From contig CAXXHB010000003.1 of the NCBI GenBank assembly GCA_963664815.2, forward strand, positions 1,920,001 through 1,984,000: 64,000 bases of DNA, given 5' to 3'. This DNA is from Spirochaetota bacterium. GTDB taxonomy: Bacteria; Spirochaetota; UBA4802; UBA5550. A program made the translations under genes and the position numbers. The notes beneath the pieces were generated by a model. That model was given only the letters and a program-made list of their open reading frames with translations. It did no database searches and had not been told where the DNA came from. Positions 21,490 through 31,900 of this stretch are shown piece by piece. The stretch's first letter is position 1, and the number at the start of each line of letters is the position of its first letter.

Positions 21490-22679
21490 TATACATGATT
21501 ATTTGAACCTTTTTTCTGTGCAAGATAATTATTGCCAAGTTTTTGAAATTTTATATTTTTATAATAACTTTTCAGGATATCATCATATTTAATCCCACTC
21601 TCTGCTCTCCCCTTTGCACCCCATTGACACATGCCAACACCATGACCCCATCCATGGCCAGAGATCAATAGTATTTTATTATCTCTTTTAGCCGTGAAAA
21701 AAGTACTTTTCAATTTCTGTGATGGAAATAACATTCTGAATTCATTACCGGAAAGCTTAATTGTGCCGTTTTTATGCATTATTGTTACTTCAACAACTCT
21801 GTCGTTACTTTTCCTGAATGTAATTTTTTGTATATTATCAATACTTTTATACTTCCGTGAAAGTATTTCTTTTATCTCGTTTAATGACAATTCTGTTTTC
21901 CATTCATAATGAGGAGAATTTTCATCGTATTTACATTCAACACTTTCAAGATAAGGTAAATCCTCCCCAGGCCAAACATCTTTATCATCAGCAGTTTTAC
22001 CACCGCTGGTTGAATGAAAATATGCAGCAATAGGTTCATAATTATATATCATTATTATACCTGATGTTTTCTGTACAGCTTCAATCGAAGATGGTGTTTC
22101 AGATGATATACCTTTATAAACCTGAAAATTTGTTGTTGAATCAAGGTCGTAAATATTTTTGTTTTTATTGTTAAGCAGATGGTAACATGAATATGTTCTT
22201 GCAGCAACTGCCTGAGCCTTTAACGCTTCTAAATGCCATGATGAAGGCATTTCTGAAGAGACAACACTGTATAGATATTCTTCAAGATTTATTATATTTA
22301 TAATATAAATTTTTCCAAGAACATTATGCAGCTCGAACTTCCCTCGATATGCGGCTTTATTCAGATAAAGAATATTTTTATCTGATTCTATTAAATAAAC
22401 ATTTTTAATTTTTTCTGGATAAAAATTTAAGCCGCCATTTTTAGACTCATATATAATTCTTGATGATTTTGTATCAATAACTCTCACACCTGAATCTGAA
22501 TTTATTTTGAAAGAATTATTTTCAGTTTTAATCAGCACTTTTATATAATTAGTACCAGTTGACATTCCCCGGTTTTTTGACCTGAGATATTTTTCCGAAG
22601 GCGTGCAGGATATCAACAGGATACCTGACAATAAAAAAACAATAAAATTTAAATATATTCTTCCCACTACTGAAACCAT
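21486..22679 (-). CDS. SpoIID/LytB-domain lipoprotein
   Basis: LEEYLYSVVSSEM, EALKAQAVAARTY, GWGHGVGMCQWGA; start moved to ATG 22679 just after xerD, giving lipobox LLISC. Confidence 0.88.
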   Translation of the reverse strand: MVSVVGRIYLNFIVFLLSGILLISCTPSEKYLRSKNRGMSTGTNYIKVLIKTENNSFKINSDSGVRVIDTKSSRIIYESKNGGLNFYPEKIKNVYLIESDKNILYLNKAAYRGKFELHNVLGKIYIINIINLEEYLYSVVSSEMPSSWHLEALKAQAVAARTYSCYHLLNNKNKNIYDLDSTTNFQVYKGISSETPSSIEAVQKTSGIIMIYNYEPIAAYFHSTSGGKTADDKDVWPGEDLPYLESVECKYDENSPHYEWKTELSLNEIKEILSRKYKSIDNIQKITFRKSNDRVVEVTIMHKNGTIKLSGNEFRMLFPSQKLKSTFFTAKRDNKILLISGHGWGHGVGMCQWGAKGRAESGIKYDDILKSYYKNIKFQKLGNNYLAQKKGSNNHVY

Positions 22680-22680
22680 T

Positions 22681-23577
22681 TTATCCTTTTGGATGATAAC
22701 TCTTATGTATCTTCTGAAGCTGCTTCTTTGCCATATGTGTATAAATCTGTGTAGTCGATATATCCATGTGACCCAGTAATTCCTGAACCGAACGAAGATC
22801 AGCACCATTCTCAATAAGGTGAGTTGCAAATGAATGTCTGAGCGTATGAGGTGTTATATTTTTCTGTATCTCTGTTCTTGTTACATAATTTTTCAAAAGA
22901 CGCCATACTGATTTTCTGTTAAGCTGGGAACCTTTTTTACTTACGAACAGGAACTCTGATTCTCTGCTACCTATAATTGCAGGCCTTGATTCTTTCTGAT
23001 ATTTTGTCAGCAGTCTTACAGATTCTTTTCCGATAGGAACCATCCTCTGTTTATTACCTTTTCCAATAACTGTAACGAACATATTTTCAAAATCGACATC
23101 TCGATTAGTAAGATCTATTGCTTCAGATATACGCAATCCACTTGAATATAAAAGCTCAAAAATTGTTTTATCACGCAATTCATAGCAGTCTTCTTCAGAT
23201 ATCGAATTGAAAAGTTTATTAAGCTCATTAACAGTTAAAAAATCGGGCAATATTTTTTCAACATGTGGTGTTTCAATTTTCTCAGTCGGATTGATAATAC
23301 TAGTATCTATATTGTCTGATATAAAATTATAAAATTGTCTTATCGCAGCCAGTGATCTTGCAAGTGTCCGTGATGAATTCTTTTTATCATTTTTCTCATA
23401 CTTGAGAAACTGCTGAATATCCTCCTGCGTTGCATCGAGAATAGTTTTACTTTTTATCTGTAGAAATTCACTGAACTTTTTCAGATCATAAGTGTAGGAA
23501 TAGATAGAGTTTTGTGAAAGGCCTTTTTCTACCTGTAGAAATTTCTTAAAACGTTTAATTGCAACTACTTCTTTCAC
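22681..23577 (-). CDS. xerD: Chromosomal tyrosine recombinase XerD
   Basis: EKGLSQNS, ELLYSSGLRISE, GKGNKQR, TPHTLRHSFATHL, LLGH, TTQIYTH, YHPKG end. Confidence 0.92.
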   Translation of the reverse strand: MKEVVAIKRFKKFLQVEKGLSQNSIYSYTYDLKKFSEFLQIKSKTILDATQEDIQQFLKYEKNDKKNSSRTLARSLAAIRQFYNFISDNIDTSIINPTEKIETPHVEKILPDFLTVNELNKLFNSISEEDCYELRDKTIFELLYSSGLRISEAIDLTNRDVDFENMFVTVIGKGNKQRMVPIGKESVRLLTKYQKESRPAIIGSRESEFLFVSKKGSQLNRKSVWRLLKNYVTRTEIQKNITPHTLRHSFATHLIENGADLRSVQELLGHMDISTTQIYTHMAKKQLQKIHKSYHPKG

Positions 23578-23903
23578 CGGGATACTCCTGTTTTTAAAAT
23601 TTCAAAGTCCAGGACATGTAATTTACAAATTTAATTTTAATTTGTAGATTCTAATTACATTATATGTATCGGTAGTGCTGAATTATGTCTTAATATGGAT
23701 ATTATTTTTTGTTACAAAAAGACATAATTTTTTTAAAATTATTGATATTTATCAATTGTTTATTGATAAATTCTTTGATTTGCATTTGAAGAATGTTGTA
23801 AAATAATATTATAAAATGTTATACAGGCTATCTGATTTTTGTTTATAACAGGTGAAAGAATAAAAGCATTTTCATTGAAATACTGTTTATTATATTTGGG
23901 ATG

Positions 23904-24629
23904 CTATTTTTTTTTCTTTGATGGTTTTTTGTGCTTAACCGGGGAATCATCAATAATTTCACCATCTTTAAAGAGTACCTTCCTGTCTGTAAATTCAGCA
24001 ACATCAGGTTCATGTGTAACCATTATAATGGAAATACCGGTCTCTTTATTCAATCTCGTAAAAAGATTCATAATTTCGACAGTATTCTTTGAATCAAGAT
24101 TACCAGTAGGTTCATCGGCAAGTATTATCGCCGGATCGTTAATAAGCGCACGAGCTATTGCAACACGCTGCTGTTCACCACCTGAAAGTTTATTGGGATG
24201 ATGATCGTACCTTCCCGATAAGCCAACCATATCAAGAAGTTCTTTGGCTCGTATAGTCAATTCTTTCGCAGTTACTCCACCTTTATAAAAAAGGGGTAGC
24301 TCAACATTTTCAATAGCGGAGGTTCTTGAGAGCAGATTGAATCCCTGAAAAACGAAACCAATCTTTCTGTTTCTTATCTCCGCTTTCTGGTCGCTGTTAA
24401 GCATTGAACAGTCTATACCCTCAAGAAGATAAGAACCTGTAGTCGGGGCATCAAGAAACCCTAAAATATTCATAAAGGTTGATTTTCCTGATCCGGATGC
24501 ACCCATAATAGAAACGAACTCACCTTCATGGAAATTAAATGTTACACCTTTTATGGCTTTTACACTCACCTCTTCACTCAGGTTGTATATCTTTACAAGG
24601 TCTTTAATTTCAATAATCTTACGGGTCAT
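23904..24629 (-). CDS. MacB/LolD-type ABC ATP-binding protein
   Basis: [34 protein letters not shown]. Confidence 0.95.
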   Translation of the reverse strand: MTRKIIEIKDLVKIYNLSEEVSVKAIKGVTFNFHEGEFVSIMGASGSGKSTFMNILGFLDAPTTGSYLLEGIDCSMLNSDQKAEIRNRKIGFVFQGFNLLSRTSAIENVELPLFYKGGVTAKELTIRAKELLDMVGLSGRYDHHPNKLSGGEQQRVAIARALINDPAIILADEPTGNLDSKNTVEIMNLFTRLNKETGISIIMVTHEPDVAEFTDRKVLFKDGEIIDDSPVKHKKPSKKKK

Positions 24630-24639
24630 ACTTCAGTCA

Positions 24640-25722
24640 CTATTTTTTTTCTTTTACACGTACAAGAATTTCATCATTCTCTTTAAGCCCACCGAGTACC
24701 TCGGTATACATGTCACCCTGAAGTCCGGTCTGTATTTCAGTTTTAACATACGATTTGCCATTGATAAGACCAGCTTTTTTCCATACAATCTTTTTTGATT
24801 GGCCGGAATCACTATCATCTTCCGGAGAAACAATAAATGCCTGGTTAAGCACCATCAATATATTTTTCTTCTCATCTATAATTACTGTTGCTGTTGCTGT
24901 CATTCCCGGCCTTAATAAAAGCTCGCTGTTGTCGCAAAGAACAGTTGCCTGATAGGTTACCAACCCACCCGCTTTGACAGGATTTATTCTTACCTGGCTT
25001 ATAGTGCCGGAAAACTTTTTATCAGGAAATGCGCTTACTGAAAATAAAACCTGCTGTCCGTTTTTGATGTATCCGATATCAGATTCATCAATACTGATGG
25101 TCAAAATCATTTTGTTAAGACTCGGAGCCAGAAGCACAAGTGGAGTTGTAACTCCTACAGGTATATTTTTTTTAACATAAATAGCGACAACGATACCGCT
25201 GATTGGAGAGTGAACTTTGGCATATTCTCTCTCCTGAACTATCATATCGTAATCAATCTTTACCTGTTTATATTTATTCAACACTGTATTATATTCAATT
25301 TCTGACAAATCCATTGCCTTTTTCGATATAAGATTGTCCTTAAAAAGATTTTTCTTTCCTTCTATATCTCTTTCGGCAGTAGTTATTTCATATCTGGCAC
25401 TCTGAAGCAGGCTTTGAGCTTTAACAATTCTCTGCTCTATTCCGGATGAATCAATTTTTATAAGCAGCTGCCCTGATGATACATTCTGGTTGAAATCGGT
25501 ATAAACATTTTCAACAATTCCACTTGTTTTACTGAGTATCGTAACCGGATTCAGAATATCAAGTTCACCTGTTACGGAAATTGTTTTCTTTACCGTCCCT
25601 TTTGTAACTTTTTCATAAATAAGTTCCTTGGTGCTGCTTTTCCCGCACCCCCTGTTGATTATAATAAATATAATTACTAAAACAGATAACAATATAATAG
25701 TTTTTAATCCTGGTCTTTGCAT
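24640..25722 (-). CDS. Efflux periplasmic adaptor (MacA/HlyD family)
   Basis: SPISGIV, IDESDIG, LRPGMTA; lies between TolC and ABC ATPase. Confidence 0.9.
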   Translation of the reverse strand: MQRPGLKTIILLSVLVIIFIIINRGCGKSSTKELIYEKVTKGTVKKTISVTGELDILNPVTILSKTSGIVENVYTDFNQNVSSGQLLIKIDSSGIEQRIVKAQSLLQSARYEITTAERDIEGKKNLFKDNLISKKAMDLSEIEYNTVLNKYKQVKIDYDMIVQEREYAKVHSPISGIVVAIYVKKNIPVGVTTPLVLLAPSLNKMILTISIDESDIGYIKNGQQVLFSVSAFPDKKFSGTISQVRINPVKAGGLVTYQATVLCDNSELLLRPGMTATATVIIDEKKNILMVLNQAFIVSPEDDSDSGQSKKIVWKKAGLINGKSYVKTEIQTGLQGDMYTEVLGGLKENDEILVRVKEKK

Positions 25723-27044
25723 AAAGCATTCTCTCCAACACCTATAATTCCGCTCAATTTTGCCAGAGTCAATAAATAACCGTATTTTGCTTCGAGAAAA
25801 CCGATATCCGCATTTATAACGCTTAATTCGGCATCCTGCAGTTCAAGCTGAGATCCGCCTCCGTTCTCATAACTTCTCTGTGCCAGCAGAAGGTGCCTCT
25901 GGGCATTTTTTGTGATAAGGTGAGATATTTCAATCTGCTTTTTTATCTCTTCAATACTTTTAAAGCTATCCCTGATCTTGTTTTTTGTTTCAATTATAAG
26001 TTCCTTTTCTTTATATGTGATTTTATTAAAATCAGTTACTGCAGAATCGACTGAAGCGGATATTCTCCCACCTGTATAAATTGGTAATGCGGCTACTATC
26101 AACCCGTAAAAAGTAGGAGTCCAGTTCTTGAAATTTAAATTTTCAGATGCCTGAGCTGTGCCATATATTTTTTCCTCTGAATATCCGAAGCCAAGAGAAA
26201 GATCAACCGTTGGATAATGCAAAGCATCACATTGGGACACCTGCAATCTGGCAGTTCTTTTTTGCAGTGTTATTATTCTTATCTGAGGACTATATACCTC
26301 AGCCATTTTATATAATTCATCGAGAGAACATTTAATTTCAGGTAATGTATCGATATCTTTGGGATTTATGGATAAAGATTCTGTCTCTTCAAGCCCCATT
26401 GAATGGAAAAGGCTGAGTTTGGTTTTTCTCTCATCGTTTCTTGCTTTTTCAAGTTGAAGCTGTGAATCGGCCACATCAACTTCAGCTTTACTCACATCAA
26501 GTATCGGCCTTGAACCCTGCTCAAATAGCTGCTTTGCGAGATCGGATTTTTTTTTATATTTCTTATTTATCTCTTCCCTTATAATCAATATATTTTTTGA
26601 AAGAAGATACCCGTAATATGAATTTTTAACTTCCAGTATAATATTGTTTTTAGTTTCCTGGTTTTTTAACTTTGAAATATCAAGACCGGTTTTGGCAGAT
26701 TCCTCAACATATTCTTTCTTTGCATCATAGAGATTGTATGATATGGTTATGCCTGCAAAAAGGCCAATATCCGTATCTTTACCCGGTATTTTAACTTTTG
26801 AATTTGTTGCCGTACTTTCTTTATCAGTTTGAATAGTCTGGAGTTGACCGTTAACAATGATACTTCTCTGTGATTTGGCAATACGGTAATCAGCCGCACT
26901 TTTTTTGTTGTCTTCAATCGAGAGAAAAATATCTGGATGATTCTGGAGTGCAATATTAATGCATTCGTCAAGATTAACATTACGCTCTTCCGGGAAAGAA
27001 ATTGCCGGTATTAAAAGGATGAAAATAAGAAAGATTTTTTTCAT
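25704..27044 (-). CDS. TolC-family outer membrane efflux protein
   Basis: Signal peptide from MKKIFL (ATG 27044), ALQNHPDI, two OEP-like repeats (FEQG, YENG). Confidence 0.9.
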   Translation of the reverse strand: MKKIFLIFILLIPAISFPEERNVNLDECINIALQNHPDIFLSIEDNKKSAADYRIAKSQRSIIVNGQLQTIQTDKESTATNSKVKIPGKDTDIGLFAGITISYNLYDAKKEYVEESAKTGLDISKLKNQETKNNIILEVKNSYYGYLLSKNILIIREEINKKYKKKSDLAKQLFEQGSRPILDVSKAEVDVADSQLQLEKARNDERKTKLSLFHSMGLEETESLSINPKDIDTLPEIKCSLDELYKMAEVYSPQIRIITLQKRTARLQVSQCDALHYPTVDLSLGFGYSEEKIYGTAQASENLNFKNWTPTFYGLIVAALPIYTGGRISASVDSAVTDFNKITYKEKELIIETKNKIRDSFKSIEEIKKQIEISHLITKNAQRHLLLAQRSYENGGGSQLELQDAELSVINADIGFLEAKYGYLLTLAKLSGIIGVGENALCKDQD

Positions 27045-27463
27045 GAAAAATATATAATCCCATCTATATAAATAAAAAATAAATAAAAAATGCATTAAAA
27101 ACTATATTCAGTTATAATACCCGGATAAAAAATGTTTATAAAAAGATTATTTTTACCCGCTGATTACAACAGGAAAATCAAAACTTTTTTATAATAAAAA
27201 CCAGGGATTTAATGCTGTGCAATATTATTAATTAAAATATACTATATATGTCAAGACAATAAAAGTGTATGATTATTTCATCACATCCGAGAATACTCAT
27301 TTTACTGCTTTACTATTTGAACGCTTTTATCTTCATAAAGGTAAAACAATAAAAACTTTATAAACAGATTATTATTTAAGAATATTTAAGAATACATGTA
27401 GAGTCATTAAAAAATCAGAACTGTTACATTAAAAAAATAAAAAAAATAATTATTAAAAAAACA

Positions 27464-27492
27464 TTGACAGTTAAATTATATAAAAATATTAG
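27464..27492 (+). promoter_or_regulatory. Probable sigma70 promoter of tRNA pair
   Basis: TTGACA-17 nt-TATTAG about 15 nt before tRNA-Thr. Confidence 0.5.
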
Positions 27493-27507
27493 TTACATCG
27501 TTGTTTT

Positions 27508-27580
27508 GCTAGCGTAGCTCAATCGGTAGAGCAGCTGATTTGTAATCAGCTTGTTGGGGGTTCAATTCCTCTCGCTAGCT
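27508..27580 (+). tRNA. tRNA-Thr (TGT)
   Basis: GCTAGCG/CGCTAGC acceptor stem, CTGAT-TTGTAA-TCAG anticodon arm, GTTCAA T-loop; CCA not encoded. Confidence 0.97.
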
Positions 27581-27585
27581 AACAT

Positions 27586-27667
27586 GGTGAGGTTCCCGAG
27601 CGGCCAAAGGGAACAGACTGTAAATCTGTCGTCAACGACTTCGAAGGTTCGAATCCTTCCCTCACCA
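27586..27667 (+). tRNA. tRNA-Tyr (GTA)
   Basis: GGTGAGG/CCTCACC stem, ACAGA-CTGTAAA-TCTGT, long variable arm, GTTCGAATCC. Confidence 0.97.
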
Positions 27668-27698
27668 AAAAGTCCTGATTTAATCAGGACTTTTTTTT
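27668..27698 (+). terminator. Rho-independent terminator
   Basis: AAAAGTCCTGATT-T-AATCAGGACTTTT hairpin followed by T run. Confidence 0.85.
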
Positions 27699-27766
27699 AT
27701 TAATTTTAAATTGTTCTTCTATTTAAATTAAATACTAAAATGAATAATTGTTTTTAAACGAAAAGT

Positions 27767-28189
27767 ATGAAAAGAAAAACTGTTATAAAAACAATAACAT
27801 TGATTATCGTGCTGATTGCTTATATTATTATAAGGGCCGATGCATGGAGTCTGCTTCTTTTTTCAAAGAATACATCGGGACGGATTGTAAAGGTTGATAA
27901 AATAATTTATGATCCTCACACAACGACATTGAAGGCTAAGGTCGGATATACCTTCAGTAATGAAGAGGGAAAAGTCTATAGTGGTTCCGGAGACCGGGTA
28001 TTTATGGAGGGAGAAAATACAAGTAATCTTACATGGTTGTTAAATACCGGTATTGAAATTGTCTACTTAATAAACGATCCTGAAATTAACGGGATCAGCG
28101 GGTGTGAGTATGCAGTTCTTTTTCCGCTGATACTTATACCTTTTGTAATTGCTATGGAATTATTCATTCCCAGTCATTCACGTTCATAA
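27767..28189 (+). CDS. Membrane protein, DUF3592-like
   Basis: TM, beta domain (YTFSNEEGKVY...IVYLINDP), TM. Confidence 0.55.
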   Translation: MKRKTVIKTITLIIVLIAYIIIRADAWSLLLFSKNTSGRIVKVDKIIYDPHTTTLKAKVGYTFSNEEGKVYSGSGDRVFMEGENTSNLTWLLNTGIEIVYLINDPEINGISGCEYAVLFPLILIPFVIAMELFIPSHSRS

Positions 28190-28323
28190 AATAAAAAATT
28201 TTATAACGTTAAGGCAGAGTAATCCTGTCTATATTAAATTATATTTCAATCATTCTTGACAAAAAATAACCTGCACATATCAGTTAATATCAGATTTTCA
28301 GAATCACTCCGGAGAAATAATTA

Positions 28324-29025
28324 ATGCATCTTCCAGTCTTCGATCTTTTTGATTTTTTAAGAGGCCCGGGATTTATTATTTCAGTCACCGTTTTTTTTTC
28401 AGGATTATTCTGGCGTACAATTTTAATGATTCGGGCTACTCACAATTTAGAAAGAAACAGAATTTTGACTGGGAATACTGTTCCTGATCTGTATATATCG
28501 GCAAATACAGATTCTAAAAAAAAGTTACCGTCTTTAATCGGAATTAAAATGAGAAATACAATTTTCTTCTCACACCCAATTATGGGTGTAGTCAGCCTTA
28601 TTTTTCACTTATTGCTCTTCATAACTCCCCTGTTTCTCTCTGCGCATAACATCATTGCAGATATGACAATAGGTTTCAGCCTATCCACATTACCCGAACA
28701 ACTGACTGATATTTTTACTGTAATACTTATTGCTGCCTGTGGATTTTTTATGGCAAGACGGATTTTAATTTCTCAAGTGAGAATTATTACCACTCTTCGT
28801 GATTACCTTATTCTTTTTATTGTTATGATGCCGTTAATTAGCGGATTTATGGCATATCATCATTTTTTTAATTATCGCATTATTGTTTATGCCCATATGA
28901 TAATAGGAGAAACGGCTATTATTGTAGCCCCATTTACAAGTCTTGCTCATATGCCGTTTGCTATCTTTTCTCGATTTTTTATTGATGGAGAATATACATT
29001 TTTATCAGGAAGTCGAAGATGGTAA
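28324..29025 (+). CDS. NarI-like di-heme cytochrome b (TmcC/HmcE/DsrM-like)
   Basis: About five TM helices with His pairs FHLLLFITPLFLSAH and AHMIIGE...PFTSLAHM. Confidence 0.8.
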   Translation: MHLPVFDLFDFLRGPGFIISVTVFFSGLFWRTILMIRATHNLERNRILTGNTVPDLYISANTDSKKKLPSLIGIKMRNTIFFSHPIMGVVSLIFHLLLFITPLFLSAHNIIADMTIGFSLSTLPEQLTDIFTVILIAACGFFMARRILISQVRIITTLRDYLILFIVMMPLISGFMAYHHFFNYRIIVYAHMIIGETAIIVAPFTSLAHMPFAIFSRFFIDGEYTFLSGSRRW

Positions 29026-29092
29026 AATGTATACGTCAGCTTAGTTAAGCCGGAAACTCCATTTTACAGAGACATATAACAGGATAAACATA

Positions 29093-29512
29093 ATGAAAAT
29101 AATGAACAGAATGGACAGGATAAATAAAGATAATACCGAAAAAAACATGATAAAAATGATAATTGATAAGAAAAAAGATATGATAAAATTATCCATGTCG
29201 GCATGTATTCATTGCTCAATCTGTTCAGATAGCTGTTTTAAATATACTTCAAACAGGAAAGATCCGACTTATACCCCATCTTATAAAGCTATTAATTCAA
29301 TTGGTCGTATATATAATAAAAATGGAAAATTGTCTGATGAAGAATACCTTGAGATCAGCGATTTAATCTGGAATAAATGTGTTCTATGCATGAGGTGTTA
29401 CTGTCCTCTCGGAATAAATATACCATCGCTGATTGCAACTGCGCGAAACATATGCAGAGAAAAGGGATTTTACCGCAAATATGACAATTTTGAGGATATT
29501 TCCGGTTTATGA
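29093..29512 (+). CDS. 4Fe-4S dicluster protein (HdrC/TmcB N-terminal-like)
   Basis: CIHCSICSDSC and CVLCMRCYCP. Confidence 0.85.
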   Translation: MKIMNRMDRINKDNTEKNMIKMIIDKKKDMIKLSMSACIHCSICSDSCFKYTSNRKDPTYTPSYKAINSIGRIYNKNGKLSDEEYLEISDLIWNKCVLCMRCYCPLGINIPSLIATARNICREKGFYRKYDNFEDISGL

Positions 29513-29889
29513 AAAAATACGATATAATATTTATAATTTTTTTACTTATATTACCGGTATTACTTATTGCACAGGTTGAGGTTTTAATCATTGATAATCC
29601 CCTCTTTAAATCCCGAAGCCGCTCACCGGTGAAATTTAATCACTTCAGGCATATGTCTATAGATGGTGCTGCCTGTACTGACTGTCATCACAGGTACGAA
29701 AAAGGCCGAAACATCCTTGACATTGCGGAACTGACTAATGAAAACAGATCGGTTTACTGCAGCAGCTGTCATTCGAAGGCATCAGATCTTGAAAAGGCAT
29801 ACCACCGATTATGCATAAAGTGTCATGAATCAGCTGTTAAAAATAAAAAAACAGCCGGACCCAGACTCTGCGGTGAATGCCATGAATAA
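29509..29889 (+). CDS. Tetraheme class III cytochrome c3
   Basis: Signal peptide, PVKFNHFRH, four CxxCH (CTDCH, CSSCH, CIKCH, CGECH). Confidence 0.92.
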   Translation: MKKYDIIFIIFLLILPVLLIAQVEVLIIDNPLFKSRSRSPVKFNHFRHMSIDGAACTDCHHRYEKGRNILDIAELTNENRSVYCSSCHSKASDLEKAYHRLCIKCHESAVKNKKTAGPRLCGECHE

Positions 29890-29907
29890 ATTTTTCCGGA
29901 GAAATCT

Positions 29908-30585
29908 ATGATCAAAGCAAGGCAGAAACCACTTGAGGAAATTTATAATCTTATAAAAAGTTATTCACGGATACTCTGTACAGGTTGCGGAGGATGTACC
30001 TCGGTTTGTCTTGCGGGTGGTCAACGTGAAACTCTTTTACTTAAAGAGGAATTATCTGAATTATCACGGGATCAGGGAAAAAAAATTAATCTGTCGGTTT
30101 TTGTAATAGAACGCCAGTGTAATCCGGAATATATTTCAGATATTGAAGACATGGTGAATGATTACGACTGCATTTTATCAACGGCATGCGGAATCGGGGT
30201 ACAGTTTCTTGCAGAGAAATATAGTTCAAAACCTGTATTTCCGGCACTTAATACAATGTTTATCGGGCTTGACCGGAGCACGGGATTATATCAGGAGAGA
30301 TGCCGTACCTGTGGCGACTGCCGGCTTGGATTAACCGGGGGTATATGTACTGTAACATGTTGTTCCAAGAATCTTTTTAACGGACCTTGCGGAGGAACAA
30401 ACCTTGACGGCAGCTGTGAAGTTGACAGAAATATTCCCTGTGCATGGAACCTGATATATGAAAGGTTAAAATCCCAGAATCGCCTGGAAAGCATTCTTTT
30501 AAATCATCCACCAATGGAATGGAAAAGTAATGGGCCTGCAACGATGATACAGTCCGGATATGAAAAAAGATATACAGTTAAATAA
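29908..30585 (+). CDS. metV: MetV (methylene-THF reductase C-terminal-domain Fe-S protein)
   Basis: GCGGCTSVC, RQC, ACGIGVQ, CRTCGDC..GGIC...CSKNLFNGPCGG, CAW; precedes metF. Confidence 0.88.
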   Translation: MIKARQKPLEEIYNLIKSYSRILCTGCGGCTSVCLAGGQRETLLLKEELSELSRDQGKKINLSVFVIERQCNPEYISDIEDMVNDYDCILSTACGIGVQFLAEKYSSKPVFPALNTMFIGLDRSTGLYQERCRTCGDCRLGLTGGICTVTCCSKNLFNGPCGGTNLDGSCEVDRNIPCAWNLIYERLKSQNRLESILLNHPPMEWKSNGPATMIQSGYEKRYTVK

Positions 30586-30761
30586 TAAAATTTCAGTAAT
30601 ATTTTTTAACGTATATTTTATTGCAAAATATACATTTATTTCTCAACACCGAAGGCGGCTGTGAGAATAGAGTATTTCATGTTATTAAGAGTTAATGCAT
30701 ATTTATTGACAAATCATATTGAAACAAAGGTGCAATCGGATTTTAAGGAGAAACAGATATA

Positions 30762-31688
30762 ATGAATTCTGGGAGTAATCTTGAGAAAGTATTGAATGCC
30801 GGATATTTTTCAGTAACATCAGAGCTTGGGCCTCCGAAAGGAACAGATATTTCATCAATTAAAAAAAAAGGTGAATTTCTTCGTGGACACGTTGACGCTG
30901 TTAATGTAACCGACTGCCAGACTGCCGTTGTAAGGATTTCAAGTATAGCAACCTCTGTAATACTTATGCAGATGGAGCTGGAACCTGTTATGCAGATGAC
31001 CTGCCGCGACAGAAACCGGATAGCAATACAAAGCGACATACTCGGTGCATCAGCTCTCGGAATAAAAAACATGCTTGCACTTTCAGGAGATCACCAGAGT
31101 TTCGGAAACCAGAAAAATGCGAAGGGTGTTTTCGATATAGATTCAATGCAGATGTTGTCACTGGTAAAAAGAATGCGCGATGAAAAGAAGATAATGAGTA
31201 TAGATGAATCCATACATGGTGATCTACCTATGTTTATTGGCGCTGTCGCAAATCCATTTGCTCCGCCTGTCGAATTCCGGGCCATGCACCTGAAGAAGAA
31301 AATTGATGCCGGTGCTGATTTTATCCAGACTCAATGCATATTTGATATTGATAAATTCCGTGAATGGATGAAGATAGTATGTGACATGGGACTGGACAGG
31401 AAGTGCTATATATTAGCCGGTTTAACTCCATTGAAATCACTGCGGATGGCGGAGTATATGGCGTCCAGTGTTCCAGGAATCTATATTCCTGATACATTAA
31501 TCAAACGTATGTCCGGTGTTCCGAAAGATAATGCGGCTGACGAGGGTATAAAAATTTTCTGCGAACAGGTCGAACAGTTAAAGGAAATTAAAGGTGTATC
31601 CGGTGTTCATATAATGCCGATCGAATGGGAAAGCAGAATACCTGAAATTACCGAAAGAGCCGGGCTGCTTCCACGGCCGGTGATATAA
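30762..31688 (+). CDS. metF: Methylenetetrahydrofolate reductase
   Basis: ELGPPKG, NVTD, QMTCRDRNRIAIQSDILGA, SGDH, KKIDAGADFIQTQ. Confidence 0.95.
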   Translation: MNSGSNLEKVLNAGYFSVTSELGPPKGTDISSIKKKGEFLRGHVDAVNVTDCQTAVVRISSIATSVILMQMELEPVMQMTCRDRNRIAIQSDILGASALGIKNMLALSGDHQSFGNQKNAKGVFDIDSMQMLSLVKRMRDEKKIMSIDESIHGDLPMFIGAVANPFAPPVEFRAMHLKKKIDAGADFIQTQCIFDIDKFREWMKIVCDMGLDRKCYILAGLTPLKSLRMAEYMASSVPGIYIPDTLIKRMSGVPKDNAADEGIKIFCEQVEQLKEIKGVSGVHIMPIEWESRIPEITERAGLLPRPVI

Positions 31689-31900
31689 CCGGAATAAACT
31701 ATTCCGTGACAATCTTCGTCATTGAATAGTTTATTATCATATTTATTAAATGTACATATCGAGCTATATTATTTAACAATCCTGCTGCACAATTAACTCA
31801 ATACAATTTAAATTTATATTAATAATTAATAATACCTTGTTTTACCGGAATGATTTATTATATTTATTAAAATAAAAGTCATTACTATTCAGAGGAAAAA

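Noticed and set aside
22680-22829. Extended N-terminus of the SpoIID ORF
   Set aside because: It overlaps xerD; ATG 22679 gives a proper lipoprotein signal
22681-23577. xerD as a prophage or island integrase
   Set aside because: Typical housekeeping XerD in a core operon with no phage genes
30590-30760. SAM riboswitch upstream of metF
   Set aside because: Only a small hairpin (TTCTCA...TGAGAA); no SAM-I core motifs seen
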